Of a stretch of DNA of 64,000 nt, positions 24,964 to 39,786 are shown piece by piece. Both the position numbers and the translations under genes were made by a program. The stretch is from Shigella phage Sf19. Position 1 is the first letter of the stretch. Each line of letters starts with the position of its first letter. The stretch is taken from sequence record MF327005. One strand, written 5' to 3'. Under the pieces are notes generated by a model. It was not told where the DNA came from and searched no databases. It was given only the letters and a program-made list of their open reading frames with translations.

Positions 24964-26067
24964 ATGTTGACTAATTCTGAAAAAAGCAGATTTTTCCTTG
25001 CTGACTTAACTGGTGAAGTCCAGTCTATTCCAAATACTTACGGATATATCTCTGGTCTGGGACTGTTCCGTTCTGCTCCACAAACACAGACTACTTTCCT
25101 GATGGACTTGACTGATTGGGATATCAGCTTACTGGATGCGGTAGACCGTACCAGCCGTAAAGCTGAGACTAGCGCTCCTGAGCGTGTTCGTCAGATTAGC
25201 TTCCCGATGATGTACTTCAAGGAAGTTGAAAGCATCACTCCTGATGAGATTCAGGGTGTTCGTCAGCCAGGCACTGCAAATGAACTGACTACTGAAGCAG
25301 TTGTACGTGCTAAGAAGCTGATGAAGATTCGTACCAAGTTTGATATTACTCGTGAGTTCTTGTTTATGCAAGCTCTGAAGGGTAAAGTTATCGACGCTAA
25401 CGGTGTTCTGTACGCAGACCTGTACAAGCAGTTCGATGTAACTAAGAAGACTATCTACTTCGACTTGGACAACCCGAACTCTGATATTGATGCGCACATT
25501 GAAGACCTGCGTATGCACATGGAAGATGAAGCTAAGACAGGTACTGTAATTAACGGTGAAGAAATTCACATCGTTGTTGACAGAACTTTCTTCAGCAAGC
25601 TTATCAAGCATCCTAAGATTCGTGACGCATACCTTGCACAGCAGACTCCGCTGGCTTGGCAACAGATTACTGGTTCTCTGAGAACTGGTGGTACTGACGG
25701 TGTTCAGGCTCACATGAACCGTTTCTACTATGGTGGTGTTGTATTCGTACAGTACAACGGTAAGTTCAAAGACAAGCGTGGTAAGACTCATACTCTGGTT
25801 AGCATTGACGGTGTATCTGATACTAATGTTGGTGTAGGTCACGCATTCCCTAACGTAGCAATGTTGGGTGAAGCTAACAACATCTTCGAAGTTGCTTACG
25901 CTCCATGTCCTAAGATGGGTTATGCAAACACTCTGGGTCAGGAACTGTATGTGTTCGAATATGAGAAAGACCGTGACGAAGGTATTGACTTCGAAGCCCA
26001 CTCTTACATGCTGCCATACTGCACACGTCCTCAACTGCTTGTTGACGTTCGTTCAGACGCTGAGTAA
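24964..26067 (+). CDS. major capsid protein
   Basis: 367 aa after protease/scaffold; strongly biased codon usage. Confidence 0.75.
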   Translation: MLTNSEKSRFFLADLTGEVQSIPNTYGYISGLGLFRSAPQTQTTFLMDLTDWDISLLDAVDRTSRKAETSAPERVRQISFPMMYFKEVESITPDEIQGVRQPGTANELTTEAVVRAKKLMKIRTKFDITREFLFMQALKGKVIDANGVLYADLYKQFDVTKKTIYFDLDNPNSDIDAHIEDLRMHMEDEAKTGTVINGEEIHIVVDRTFFSKLIKHPKIRDAYLAQQTPLAWQQITGSLRTGGTDGVQAHMNRFYYGGVVFVQYNGKFKDKRGKTHTLVSIDGVSDTNVGVGHAFPNVAMLGEANNIFEVAYAPCPKMGYANTLGQELYVFEYEKDRDEGIDFEAHSYMLPYCTRPQLLVDVRSDAE

Positions 26068-26089
26068 TAACTTGAAAGGAGGGTTATAA

Positions 26090-26539
26090 ATGTGTTATAC
26101 AGGCGACCCCGCTAATAACCCTCTTGATAGAGTTCGAATCCTCTGCACCGATACTGACAACAATGAAATCCTCATTGACCAATCGGTGCTAGAGTGGTTC
26201 TACCAAGAATCTGGAAAGGATGAAAAGAAAGCAGCCATCAAAGCTCTTAAATATTTACTCTTTCAAGTAGCCAAGATGGGAGATGAGAAAGTTGGTGGTG
26301 TTTATTTACGAAACTCTTCCAGATTCAAATCTCTGAAAGCTGTCTATGACGACCTAGTTAAAAGCTCTGTTAGTGGCCTCCCTTATGCGGGTGGTATTAA
26401 CCAGTGTGATATTGACATGCGTCGTCAAAATCCTTGCTCTGTCAAGAAATATACTGAATATGGCGATGCTGTTAGATACTACGGTAGAGATTACTGTGAA
26501 CGTGTCAATGGTGTATTTATTATCGAGCGAGATGAATAA
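26090..26539 (+). CDS. head-tail joining protein (positional)
   Basis: 149 aa; AGGAGG RBS. Confidence 0.45.
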   Translation: MCYTGDPANNPLDRVRILCTDTDNNEILIDQSVLEWFYQESGKDEKKAAIKALKYLLFQVAKMGDEKVGGVYLRNSSRFKSLKAVYDDLVKSSVSGLPYAGGINQCDIDMRRQNPCSVKKYTEYGDAVRYYGRDYCERVNGVFIIERDE

Positions 26540-27021
26540 TGGTTAAAAGGGTTATTCACCCCGCTAGAGCTAAATTAGTCGGGGCTATGAAGAACTTGCA
26601 TACGGCTAATGCTCAAGTTGGGTATTTTCAGGAACAAGGTCAACATAGCTCTGGTTTTTCTTACTCTGCTTTAATGTACTTGCATGAAGTTATTGGTGTA
26701 CCAGCAGCTTCAGGTAAAGTATATCGTAGGTTGTTTGAAATTACTATGATGTTACACAGACAGACCTTGTTAGAGCAGACTAAGAAGAATCTCTATAAGC
26801 AATTAAACAGTCTTAATACTGACCCCTCAGATACTTTAGAAGCATTTGCAAAGAGTGCTCAGAAAGCAATTAAAAGAGGTTTTGGTAATACGGCTATATT
26901 GCCTCCTAACGCTCCATCTACAGTTAAAAAGAAAGGCTTCAATGCCCCTCTTGTAGAAACTGGAGATTTACGAGATAACCTTGCTTATAAAATTTCTACT
27001 AAGAAAGGTATTAAAAAATGA
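26539..27021 (+). CDS. head-tail joining protein (positional)
   Basis: 160 aa; overlapping stop/start. Confidence 0.45.
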   Translation: MVKRVIHPARAKLVGAMKNLHTANAQVGYFQEQGQHSSGFSYSALMYLHEVIGVPAASGKVYRRLFEITMMLHRQTLLEQTKKNLYKQLNSLNTDPSDTLEAFAKSAQKAIKRGFGNTAILPPNAPSTVKKKGFNAPLVETGDLRDNLAYKISTKKGIKK

Positions 27022-27419
27022 GACTCTTAAATAGACACAGCTTTGTAGTTAAAAGGAAGGTATCTGAAGATGGTCATTACAATGAAGATGGTGATTGGGT
27101 AGCTTCACAGGATATTGTATCAATTAACTGCAAAGGTAATATTCAACCTTATATTAAGGGTTCTGTAAAGAATGGTACACAGATTGTTTTACCTGAAGGT
27201 ATCAGACTGACAGATACAAGAATCCTTTTCACTGTAGCTGAGTTAAGAACGTCTGATGATGTTGATTGGACTGAAGCTGATATTGTCATGATTAAGGGAC
27301 ACGAATACGAAGTCTTTATGACAATGGATTGGTCTGAACAATTAGCTCACACATCCCATTATGAGTATATCATTATTAGAAGGGATAAGATGAATGCAGT
27401 TAGAAACAGCAGAACTTGA
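27018..27419 (+). CDS. head-tail joining protein (positional)
   Basis: 133 aa. Confidence 0.45.
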   Translation: MRLLNRHSFVVKRKVSEDGHYNEDGDWVASQDIVSINCKGNIQPYIKGSVKNGTQIVLPEGIRLTDTRILFTVAELRTSDDVDWTEADIVMIKGHEYEVFMTMDWSEQLAHTSHYEYIIIRRDKMNAVRNSRT

Positions 27420-27993
27420 GAAAGGTATTGTCCGAGTTTTGGTTGATGTTATTGGTCACCGTTTAGCGAGAGACAAGAATAACAGACCAAATGTTATTAG
27501 GGCTTACCCTTCAGATAATTCCAATGATAAAGGTCTGAAACCAGACCAACCTTTTATTACAGTATACTGTCAAGATGCTACCACACCTTATGGTTGGGTT
27601 CTTGATAAGTTCGTGGAAGATGATGTAGTTTGTTATAGAATTGCTTTTCAGATTCCTGTACTGATTACTGTAAATGGTAAAGGTGCTCACAGTATTATGC
27701 TTGAGCTAAAACAAAGATTAGAGATGAGTACTACAAGAGATTATCTAGCTGACATGACAGGTGCTTCAGTACTTGATACAGGGGCTATCCCGAATGATTA
27801 TACTTATCTCAACACAGATTTTGAAAATTCTGCACCTCTTGTTGTAACCCTTGTAAAAAATTCAGTATTAAAAGATGAACGTGGCAGTATTATTGAACGT
27901 GTCATTGTGGATGGTGAATTGGTTTACGAGGAAGGACAGGAGCCACCAGAATATACTATCCATCTAGATGTAGACTCCAAAGGGGTAAAATAA
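27394..27993 (+). CDS. tail completion/terminator protein (positional)
   Basis: 199 aa directly upstream of sheath-sized gene. Confidence 0.45.
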   Translation: MQLETAELEKGIVRVLVDVIGHRLARDKNNRPNVIRAYPSDNSNDKGLKPDQPFITVYCQDATTPYGWVLDKFVEDDVVCYRIAFQIPVLITVNGKGAHSIMLELKQRLEMSTTRDYLADMTGASVLDTGAIPNDYTYLNTDFENSAPLVVTLVKNSVLKDERGSIIERVIVDGELVYEEGQEPPEYTIHLDVDSKGVK

Positions 27994-29346
27994 ATGTGGA
28001 ATCCAATTGTTAATGTAGATATTACATTGAACACAGCAGGAACTACAAGAGAAGGTTTTGGTTTACCATTATTCCTTGCTTCAACAGATAACTTTGAAGA
28101 AAGAATCCGTGGTTATACTTCATTAACAGAAGTAGCTGAAGACTTTGATGAAAGTACTGCTGCGTATAAAGCTGCAAAACAGCTATGGAGCCAAACTCCA
28201 AAAGTAACTCAACTGTATATTGGTAGAAGAACTATGCAATATACTGTTTCTATTCCTGACACAGTGGCTGAAGGAAGTGAATATTCATTGACAGTTGCTA
28301 TCGGTGGTGGTGTTTCTCAGCCATTCCAATACACTGCAAAAGAAAACGACACAGCACTTATTGTCTTGAATGAGTTTAAATCACAGATTGAAGCAAGCCC
28401 AACAATTAAAGATGGTGTTAATGCTAGTGTAACAGGTACTGGTGCTTCTGCGACGATGATTATTACTAAAGCTGGTGATAATGACTTCGTAAAAGTAACA
28501 TCTATTACACCTACAACGTCTATTGCAGCAACAACTGCTGACACGGCTTCCGCTGCTCTGGCATCCATTGAGACATATTCAACAGATTGGTACTTCATCT
28601 CAGCAGAAGACAGAACTCAACAGTTTGTCTTAGCAATGGCTTCAGAGATTCAGGCTCGTAAGAAGATTTTCTTCACAGCTAATGCTGACGTTAAGGCTCT
28701 GCAAGGCACTGATTTGACCTCTGCAACAGATGTTCCGGCACAGTTAGCTAAGAGCAAGTACACTCGTACAGTTTGCTTGTGGCATCACACAGCCGAGTTT
28801 GACTACCCAGAAATGGCTTACATTGCATATGGTGCTCCATACGATGCAGGTTCAATTGCTTGGGGTAACGCTCAATTAACTGGTGTTGCAGCATCTCTAC
28901 AACCCGCTAACCAGAGACCACTGACAAGCATTCAGAAGTCAGCTTTAGACACTCGTAGCTGTAACTTCATTGACCTCGATGGTGGGGTTCCTGTAGTGCG
29001 TAGAGGTATCACTTCTGGTGGTGAATGGATTGATATTGTACGTGGTGTTGATTGGCTTGAATCTGATTTGAAAACATCTCTGAGAGACTTGCTAATTAAT
29101 CAGAAGGGTGGTAAGATTACTTATGATGATACTGGTATTACCCGTATTCGTCAGGTCATTGAAACATCTCTTCAGCGAGCAGTTAACAGAAACTTTTTGT
29201 CAACTTACACCGTTACTGTTCCTAAAGCCTCACAAGTTGCATTGGCAGATAAGAAAGCACGTATCCTGAAAGACGTTACCTTCCACGGTATTCTTGCAGG
29301 GGCTATCTTGGATGTTGACTTGAAAGGCACAGTGGCTTACGAATAA
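27994..29346 (+). CDS. tail sheath protein
   Basis: 450 aa followed by 148 aa tube-sized gene, chaperones and tape measure. Confidence 0.65.
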   Translation: MWNPIVNVDITLNTAGTTREGFGLPLFLASTDNFEERIRGYTSLTEVAEDFDESTAAYKAAKQLWSQTPKVTQLYIGRRTMQYTVSIPDTVAEGSEYSLTVAIGGGVSQPFQYTAKENDTALIVLNEFKSQIEASPTIKDGVNASVTGTGASATMIITKAGDNDFVKVTSITPTTSIAATTADTASAALASIETYSTDWYFISAEDRTQQFVLAMASEIQARKKIFFTANADVKALQGTDLTSATDVPAQLAKSKYTRTVCLWHHTAEFDYPEMAYIAYGAPYDAGSIAWGNAQLTGVAASLQPANQRPLTSIQKSALDTRSCNFIDLDGGVPVVRRGITSGGEWIDIVRGVDWLESDLKTSLRDLLINQKGGKITYDDTGITRIRQVIETSLQRAVNRNFLSTYTVTVPKASQVALADKKARILKDVTFHGILAGAILDVDLKGTVAYE

Positions 29347-29359
29347 GGAGTAATTAGGA

Positions 29360-29806
29360 ATGGCTATGTATCAGCAATATTCCCCTAAAGATGTAGTTTG
29401 TAGCTGGAATGGCATTGCCATTGAAGGTTTTGCACCAGACTCATTCTTGCGTCTTCAGAGAAACTCTCCACTTGTTACGCAAGTTGTAGGTGCAGGTGGT
29501 CAAGTAGCTCTGACAAGAAATGCAGACAAGACAGGTACGATTGAGATTGAGCTAATGCAGACTTCTCTATCAAACCAGATGCTTTCTGCAATTCAAGCTA
29601 AACAAGATGACATGGAACTTGAAGAAGATATCTCATCTAACTTTGTAATTTACGACCCATCTGGTTCAGTTCTGGCAACAGGTATTAATGCTTGGTTGCA
29701 AGAGCTTCCACAGATTGAGTTAGGTCGTGACCAGAACTCGAAAACTTGGATTTTCGGTTGTGAGAAGTTAGACTACACTTCAACAATCCCTGCGTCAAGC
29801 GTTTAA
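29360..29806 (+). CDS. tail tube protein
   Basis: 148 aa after sheath; strong terminator follows. Confidence 0.6.
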   Translation: MAMYQQYSPKDVVCSWNGIAIEGFAPDSFLRLQRNSPLVTQVVGAGGQVALTRNADKTGTIEIELMQTSLSNQMLSAIQAKQDDMELEEDISSNFVIYDPSGSVLATGINAWLQELPQIELGRDQNSKTWIFGCEKLDYTSTIPASSV

Positions 29807-29820
29807 CAAATCCTAATAAG

Positions 29821-29852
29821 GGGGAGACTGTAAAAGGTCTTCCCCTTTTGTG
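29821..29852 (+). terminator. rho-independent terminator after tail tube gene
   Basis: ggggagac...gtcttcccc hairpin then ttttgtgttttt. Confidence 0.6.
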
Positions 29853-29882
29853 TTTTTATAGCATAACTTTTAAGGAATCACA

Positions 29883-30284
29883 ATGAAGACTGAAACTAAA
29901 ATGATTAACGGCAAGAAGGTAACTATTATTCTTCTTGGAGCAAGAGATGGTATCCGTATCTCTATGAAACTTGGTAAAGCAGTTGTACCAGCATTTGCAC
30001 AGATGTTCTCTGGTTTAACCTCTAAAGATGGGGAAGCTAAAATCCCATTTAAAGAACTCGTTGAAGCTTGCTTTGAAAAGGTTGACGAACTAGATATTGA
30101 TGCAATGGCAGAGACACTATTTCAGGGGGCAACAGTTAATGACTTCCCACTGAAAATTGATAGTTACTTCCAAGCGAACTACGGTGAATTTATTGACTTC
30201 TTAGCTTTTGCTTTGGAGGCAAACTTCGGAAGTTTTTTCGAGGCAAGCATTTTCAAAAGCCTAACTTCTCAGCAGGAAGCTTAA
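29883..30284 (+). CDS. tail assembly chaperone (upstream frame)
   Basis: 133 aa between tube and tape measure; contains T_TTT_TTC slippery site near 3' end. Confidence 0.6.
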   Translation: MKTETKMINGKKVTIILLGARDGIRISMKLGKAVVPAFAQMFSGLTSKDGEAKIPFKELVEACFEKVDELDIDAMAETLFQGATVNDFPLKIDSYFQANYGEFIDFLAFALEANFGSFFEASIFKSLTSQQEA

Positions 30285-30520
30285 GTTATTCTATGCAGAC
30301 CCCGCTGACTGACGGGGCTGTAAAGGCAACTTATGATGAAGCAGATGAGATGAAATTTGTGCTTGCTATTTATGGTATGGATGGGTGTAAAGAAACACTC
30401 AACCAACTTTTTGATATGACCTTCGTTGATTTATTATCTCTACGTCAATATTTAGAAATCCAGAAGTCATATAAAGAAGAAATGGCTTACAACGAACTCA
30501 GAAAAGCAGGTAAAATTTAA
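30197..30520 (+). CDS. tail assembly chaperone frameshift extension (-1 frame)
   Basis: Open -1 frame overlapping 3' end of upstream chaperone, ends at tape measure start. Confidence 0.5.
   Translation, partial: LLSFCFGGKLRKFFRGKHFQKPNFSAGSLSYSMQTPLTDGAVKATYDEADEMKFVLAIYGMDGCKETLNQLFDMTFVDLLSLRQYLEIQKSYKEEMAYNELRKAGKI
30233..30239 (+). other. candidate -1 programmed frameshift site (T TTT TTC)
   Basis: Heptamer in frame of 29883-30284; -1 frame is open from 30197 through 30520. Confidence 0.55.
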
Positions 30521-32756
30521 TGGCACAATATACAGTTGATAGTTTTATTGTTGAACTTGGATTCAGTGAAAAGGTTGTTAAGGGTTTGCAAAGAGTTGAG
30601 AAAATGGCTATGCAGTCTGCTCAACGTATCGAACGCAATATCAATAAAGCCTTTGATGTGAAGCCTAATAGAAGTTCACAAGACGCTCTAAACAGACTTG
30701 TAAAAAACGCTCAGACTGCTTCAGGCAGAATCAATAAATCCCTAAACAATGCTATGAATTTAGATTCACAAGGTGTAAAATCACTTCGTAGATTAGAAAC
30801 ACAGGGTAAGAAAACAGCCAAAGAAATTAATAAGGCTCTAAGACAAGCTATGAATGTTGAAGGTAAAGTCAATGTTCGTGGTGGAGTTGGTAGAGGCCGT
30901 GGTAACACTATCCCTCCGGTTGGAGGTGGTGGTTCACCTAGAGTTAGACCTGATATTGCTCAAAGACAGATGGAAAGAATGTTTAATAACAACTTCTACT
31001 CTGGTTTGACTCGTCGTCTTGAAACAATTGGTGGACAAGGTAACCAAATGGCTACTTCCTTCAGAGGAAGCTTACAAGGAATCTATAATAAGTACAAAGG
31101 TAGTGGTAAAGTTGGTGAGTATGAGATGGAAGTCAAGAAACTCATTGACACTACCAAACGTTGGGTTATTGCAGAAAATGCTAGACTTAAGGCAGTCAGA
31201 GAGTCAGCTTGGTTACAAGACAGAGCAAACTCTTCACTAAGACAGCTTGTAGGTGGTTTTGTTTCAGCGTATGCTATGCTGGAATTAGCTCAGAAGACTA
31301 TTGATGCAGGTGTAAAGAGACAGTCTGCACAGTTAGCCTCAACAGCTATCTTTGGAGGGGATACACAGCAAGCTAGAATGTTCGCTGCTACGTTCTCTCA
31401 CCAGATTGGTCAGAACTACACAGACACTATGAAGCAGTACTCAAACTTCGCTGCTGGTGCTCAACCAGAGTTAGGTTTTAAAGGGACTCAAGAGTTCTAT
31501 AAGAACGCTGCTATGTTCTCACGTATTCGTGGTGCTTCTGATGAAGACTTGAAAGGTATCATGATTGCTTTCCAGCAAATGGCATCTAAAGGTAAGATTC
31601 AGGCTGAAGAACTTCGTGGACAGTTAGGTGACCGTTTAGCAGGTGCTGTTCAGTTATTCTCTGATGCTATTGGTAAAACTCCACAAGAACTTGACAAGAT
31701 GATGAAAGATGGTCAGCTTCTTGCAAAAGACGTTCTACCAAAAGTCTCAGAAAAAATGAGAGAGCTTGTTGAAGCAGCAGGTGGTATGAATGCAGTTTCT
31801 AAGCAGACAGCTACCTCTATGGGCCAAGCAAAGGCAATGTGGGATAACACCCTTGTAGCTTTGTTTAACAACTCTAGCGAAGGTATTTCACAACTCTCTA
31901 ACTCAGTTGCAATGTTCTTGCAAGGTTCCCTTGGTACATCTGAAGCACTTGGTACAGGTATTGGTTACCTTTTAAAAGGTGCTAGTAACCTCCTAGACTT
32001 CGTGACAGATATCATGTACCGCATTTCTTCATTGTACTACACCTCAATGGGTTATTTCAAGGAATTAGATGCTAGTCAACAGAAACTAATCAAGGATTCT
32101 GCTGAGTTGGTTGCTACGTTCACCGCTATTGGTGTTTCAATTGCAGCTATTACAAAAGTCGCTAAAATCTTCGGTGGCACTGTAGCATTTGTCAAGAGTA
32201 TCTTTGAAGAAGGTATCTTAGCTAAGATTGCACAGAAGTTTGGATTAACTACAGCAGCAGAAACAGCAGCTACAACGGCTGGTGTATCAGCAACCAGAAT
32301 GGCTCTTGGTGTAGGTGGTTCTGCATTAATGTTATCTGGTTCAGTTGACAAGAATGCTGGAAAGAGATTTAACGAGGTTAACACACCTAATCCTTTCAAT
32401 GAAGCTATCTCAGGAATCACTAATCCAAAACGTCCAATGTTCTTTGACCAGAATGGACAACTTCAGTTTGCACAATATACCACAGACACTTCTGGAAATA
32501 TTCAGAGAGTTGATAATGGTTTGTCAAATTGGGATATTATCATGAACAATCTGTCTGAGTCTCTAAATAACTTTGCAAACAAGTTTAACCAGACACCTAT
32601 GATGATGACTCCTTCTGGACTACCATTGCAAACTAAGCAGACGCTTAACGTTTCCTTTAATCTGGATGGTAAGCAGATTGCTACTAAGATGGTGGATATC
32701 ACTGATAAGAGTCAGGAAGATATTCTGTTAAACTCTAGCTACCCAGAGGATGAATA

Positions 32757-32757
<1 letters not shown>
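30520..32757 (+). CDS. tail tape measure protein
   Basis: 745 aa, helical repeats in N-terminus, Gly/Ala-rich hydrophobic stretch, downstream of chaperones. Confidence 0.8.
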
Positions 32758-35518
<2,761 letters not shown>

Positions 35519-35519
<1 letters not shown>

Positions 35520-35935
35520 TGAAAACAGATTTTGCAATCAATCTTGGTGGTGACTACGTAGCTAAATTAGGAAATGATTCTGTATACGTTGCTCACGGAG
35601 ATTTAAAAATTACGGGTAATCAGATTAGAATTATCCCAGAAGACGATAAAGCTACTCAGGTAGCTCAAAGATTACATATTAGGTGTCTTCTAAGGGCTGG
35701 AGAGGTATTCTTTAATACATCTGCTGGATTCCCTTATTTACAGCTTGCTAAGTTCAAGCAGAAGACCTCTATTTTTGATAATTATATGAAAGGTTACCTT
35801 GTTGAAACGAGAGATGTAACAAACATCTACAACTACTCTTCAACAATGGATAATGCAATGAGAAAAGTGTCAGTAAGATTTAATGCAACGACAACTGCTG
35901 ACGATGTTGAAATTAATACAGAGGTAAACATTTAA
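35519..35935 (+). CDS. baseplate wedge small subunit-like protein (positional)
   Basis: 138 aa. Confidence 0.45.
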
Positions 35936-37404
35936 TGGCTGGATTAACAACTACAGGTTTACAAACAAAAAGATATCAAGAAATCTTGGATGATGTTAAA
36001 GCAAGTCTGTATAGAGATATCTCACCAAACCTTGATGTTTCTGAAGATAGCGAACTTGGGTTATTCTTAGCTTCTGTTTGCCGAGGTCTTGCAGACGTTC
36101 ATGAAATCTTGTCAGAAATCTATGATGGTGGTACTATTGACAAAGCTGAAGGATTCAGTTTAGATGATGTAACAGCTTTGAATGCTGTATACAGATATGT
36201 GGCACAGGCTACAAGAGGCCAAGCTGAGTTCACTGGTAATTCTGGTGCTCCTGTACCAGCCACTACAAGATTAAGAAGCACAGCAGGTAATATCTTTTAC
36301 CCTGTGTCAACTTTCACACTGACTCCATCTTACTGTGTAGAGGCAAACTTAGAAGTTAACTCTTTACGAACAGATGCAAACTATGTTATTATCATTGACA
36401 ACATTGAGTATTCATATCAGCCGACTAGTTCTGATACCATTACAACATTGCTACAGAAACTTGCAGATGCTATTAATGGTGGTATTATTGCAAAGGCTGA
36501 AGTTACTAATGATGGTTCAGTTCTGAGAATCTATAAAGACACTGGAGATATCATTGCCAGAACTAACCCTATGGTTGTTACCGCAACGACATTCTTAACA
36601 TTTACAAAGATTACTTCAATTAGTGACGTTGTAGCAGATGAAACTGGAGCCATCCAGACTCTGGCAGGAACCTTGATTGAGATTGAAACAACTGTAGATG
36701 GTCTCGATAGTGTTTTCAACAGATATGACTTGACAACAGGTCGTGATGAGGAAACTGACACAGAACTGAGACAGCGTTACTTAGAATCTCTGGCTGTTAC
36801 TGGTGTAGGTACTCTAGATGCTATTGTAGCTGCTGTCAAGAGAGTTCAAGGTGTGTCTGATGCTTCTGGTGTAGAAAATGATACTGAGACAACAAACTCT
36901 GATGGTCTTCCTCCGAAGTCTTTTAAGATTGTTGTAGTTGGTGGTCAGAATGATAATATTGCACAGGCAATCTGGGACACGAAACCTGCTGGTATTCGCC
37001 CATATGGTTCAATCTTTGGGACTGCATATGACTTAGGTTCTCTCCCTCACGACGTTTACTTTAGTAGACCAATGCCTAAATACGTTTTTGTCAAGGTTAC
37101 TTACTCTCTTTACGATGAAGAGACTCTTAACATCCCTGAACAGGATATTCATGACAGAATTGTTCAAGGTATTAATGCCTACGGTAGAACTTTGAAAGTT
37201 GGTAACGATGTAATCCCTAACAGAATCTATGGACATATCTATGATGTGATTCAAGGTATCGAGATTAATGAGATTAAGGTTGCACTTTCAAATAACCAAG
37301 CAATTCCACCTGCTGAGGGGCAGTACACAACCTCAAGAATCACTATTGATGGTGACCAGTACACTGTTTGGGAAAGCTCACAGTATACAATTACCAAGGA
37401 GTAA
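35935..37404 (+). CDS. baseplate wedge large subunit-like protein (positional)
   Basis: 489 aa. Confidence 0.55.
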   Translation: MAGLTTTGLQTKRYQEILDDVKASLYRDISPNLDVSEDSELGLFLASVCRGLADVHEILSEIYDGGTIDKAEGFSLDDVTALNAVYRYVAQATRGQAEFTGNSGAPVPATTRLRSTAGNIFYPVSTFTLTPSYCVEANLEVNSLRTDANYVIIIDNIEYSYQPTSSDTITTLLQKLADAINGGIIAKAEVTNDGSVLRIYKDTGDIIARTNPMVVTATTFLTFTKITSISDVVADETGAIQTLAGTLIEIETTVDGLDSVFNRYDLTTGRDEETDTELRQRYLESLAVTGVGTLDAIVAAVKRVQGVSDASGVENDTETTNSDGLPPKSFKIVVVGGQNDNIAQAIWDTKPAGIRPYGSIFGTAYDLGSLPHDVYFSRPMPKYVFVKVTYSLYDEETLNIPEQDIHDRIVQGINAYGRTLKVGNDVIPNRIYGHIYDVIQGIEINEIKVALSNNQAIPPAEGQYTTSRITIDGDQYTVWESSQYTITKE

Positions 37405-37406
37405 CA

Positions 37407-38264
37407 ATGTTTAAAAAGATTGAAAACTTTTATGAGAAAACATTGGACGAAAGAACTGTAACTCAATTCAAAGATAAGTTTATTTACACAAGTCTATTGA
37501 AATCTATCACAGATGAGTTACAATTATTAGAGGATATCAGTAATCAGTTATATACTGAAAGAAATATTCGTGTAGGTGTTGGCACACAACTTGATAACAT
37601 CGGGGCTTTGATTAAAGTCCCTAGACCTATTGGTGCTGATGATGACACTTACAGAGCTATCCTCTACATTCAAATTTTCTTAAGACGTTCTGACACCACA
37701 CCAAGCTTCTTACAAAGAGCTGTTATGACTCTTTACAACGCATCATTCAGCCAGATTTTTGAGCACATTACGCCAATGACTGGTGGAATTGTTATCCGTG
37801 TAAACACTCGTAATAACGTGTTAGATACAGCATACACACTTTCTAAGATTGCTGCAACAACTATTGGTTCAGCAGTTATCCTTAGAGATGTTACCTTAAA
37901 TGGTACTGCTTGGACTCCTGTAGAGGTTGCTGATTCATCTCTGGCAATTACTGATGAGAACAATAACTGGTTTGTAACAAACACTAACAAGGGTCTTATT
38001 ACGAACAACACAGGTGGCTCTCTAGAAGCAAATAAATTAGGTAGTTTTGCAGATGCAGGTGTAAGGGATGGTTATGTAAGAGTGGATAAAACTGGTGGAA
38101 GTACCAGTAAAGATTATTTAAAAGTCAGCAAAACAAACAATAGCAACGACTATTTCATTGCTGGTAAAGAAACAGTAGCAGGTGGTGATTATGGGATTAT
38201 GGCAGAAGTCGCCCAAATCGTCAAAGGCAGAAAAGATAAATCTCAACAAGAAGGAAGTTCATAA
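37407..38264 (+). CDS. baseplate/tail fibre base protein
   Basis: 285 aa from ATG after AGGAG RBS (track start 37368 overlaps upstream gene). Confidence 0.5.
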   Translation: MFKKIENFYEKTLDERTVTQFKDKFIYTSLLKSITDELQLLEDISNQLYTERNIRVGVGTQLDNIGALIKVPRPIGADDDTYRAILYIQIFLRRSDTTPSFLQRAVMTLYNASFSQIFEHITPMTGGIVIRVNTRNNVLDTAYTLSKIAATTIGSAVILRDVTLNGTAWTPVEVADSSLAITDENNNWFVTNTNKGLITNNTGGSLEANKLGSFADAGVRDGYVRVDKTGGSTSKDYLKVSKTNNSNDYFIAGKETVAGGDYGIMAEVAQIVKGRKDKSQQEGSS

Positions 38265-38563
38265 TGTCTCTTTCATGGTCTACAGATACAGTTGATGCTG
38301 ACGGTAACCAGCTTAAAGTTTTACCACCTCCAGAAATTCAAGCCACTGGCCTATTAAGGGGTGAACCTATGGGTCGTCAGTGGTTTAACTATATTATCAA
38401 CTATTTGCTTAACAAAGTAAATGGTACGGTTGGAGAGGTTCGTTCATTTGCTACGGAGCAACCTGATTTAGTTTCCAATGGTTGGGAATTAATTGACACA
38501 GTAACAGGAACTGCACCCACTAGCACGACTAACCTTTACACATACGAATATAAAGGGAGCTAA
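38264..38563 (+). CDS. hypothetical tail protein
   Basis: 99 aa. Confidence 0.45.
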   Translation: MSLSWSTDTVDADGNQLKVLPPPEIQATGLLRGEPMGRQWFNYIINYLLNKVNGTVGEVRSFATEQPDLVSNGWELIDTVTGTAPTSTTNLYTYEYKGS

Positions 38564-38565
38564 TA

Positions 38566-39741
38566 ATGCCAGTAGGTGAAATTCAAATTAGTGCATTGCC
38601 TCAAGCCTCGTTGCCTATTGATTTAAGTGATATCTTTCACCTTAAGCAAGGTATTGAGGATAAACGATGCACACTTGAGCAATTACTTGCTCCACACGCA
38701 TCTTTAAGAAATAACCCACACGGCGTTACAAAGGTTCACGTAGAACTCGGTAATGTTGTTAACGCACTCCAATTAGTGGCTGCTAATAACTTGTCAGACG
38801 TGGTTAGTGTTGAAGAGGCTAGGCAGAACCTTAATATTCTATCAAGTGATGAAGTTAATGCTCTTATCCAGAATCACATTAATGACAAGAATAACCCTCA
38901 CAACACTAACAAGATTCAAGTAGGTTTGTCTAATATTCAAAACTGGACATATTCAAACTCTTACTCTGAAGACGCTGATAAGTATGCTACTGCAAAAGCT
39001 GTGAATGCTTTATACAGGGCTATCCAGAATAGCTATCCAATTGGTACTATTCATTTGTCAGTTAACCCTGCAAACCCATCTACATATTTACTTTGTGGTG
39101 GTACTTGGGAGTTAGTTTCTAAAGGAAGGTCTCTTGTCGGTTATGACACAGATACAAGACCTGTAGAATCAGTATTTGGTTCTGCTACTGTAACACTTAC
39201 ACAAAATAACATTCCAAGTCACACACACTCTGTATTGTTAACTGGTGGTGGACACTCCCATAATGCAACAGTAGTAATTTCTAGCTTTGACTATGGGACT
39301 AAGAGCACATCAAGTTTTGATTACGGTTCTAAGGCCACAAACGACTCTGGAAGCCACGCTCATAACGTTAATGGTTCTGTAAGCAGTGCTGGTAGTCACA
39401 GCCACAGGATTCCATTGAGGGGTTCTGACAGGGGTGGTGTGAATGCTATTACGGCAACGGCTGATGCAGGGGTTGGTAATGCGTCATATACAGACTTTGA
39501 TGGGGTTCACACACATACCTTCAACGTTAATTCTTCAGTTGGTGGTAACCACTCTCACAGTGTGTATATCGGAGCACATGGACACAGTGTTGCAATTGGT
39601 TCACATGGACACTCAGGTACTGTGACAGTCCAATCTTCTGAGCACACTCACTCAGGTACAACTGGTGCATTTGGTGCTGGACAAGCATTTAATATTGAGC
39701 AACCTTCTTATGTTGTATATGTTTGGAAGAGAACTGCGTAA
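38566..39741 (+). CDS. tail fibre protein with His-rich C-terminal HxH repeat domain
   Basis: 391 aa; repeated HTH, HSH, HAH, HGH motifs over the last ~150 aa; C-terminus VWKRTA shared with next gene. Confidence 0.7.
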   Translation: MPVGEIQISALPQASLPIDLSDIFHLKQGIEDKRCTLEQLLAPHASLRNNPHGVTKVHVELGNVVNALQLVAANNLSDVVSVEEARQNLNILSSDEVNALIQNHINDKNNPHNTNKIQVGLSNIQNWTYSNSYSEDADKYATAKAVNALYRAIQNSYPIGTIHLSVNPANPSTYLLCGGTWELVSKGRSLVGYDTDTRPVESVFGSATVTLTQNNIPSHTHSVLLTGGGHSHNATVVISSFDYGTKSTSSFDYGSKATNDSGSHAHNVNGSVSSAGSHSHRIPLRGSDRGGVNAITATADAGVGNASYTDFDGVHTHTFNVNSSVGGNHSHSVYIGAHGHSVAIGSHGHSGTVTVQSSEHTHSGTTGAFGAGQAFNIEQPSYVVYVWKRTA

Positions 39742-39786
39742 TTATTTTATAAGGGGCTGTGTAGCCCCTAGAAAGAGGATTTATAA

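Noticed and set aside
24125-26034. Long antisense ORFs (24125-24538, 25129-26034 on minus strand) inside the protease and capsid genes
   Set aside because: They are fully contained in strongly supported plus-strand genes with biased codon usage; typical shadow ORFs.
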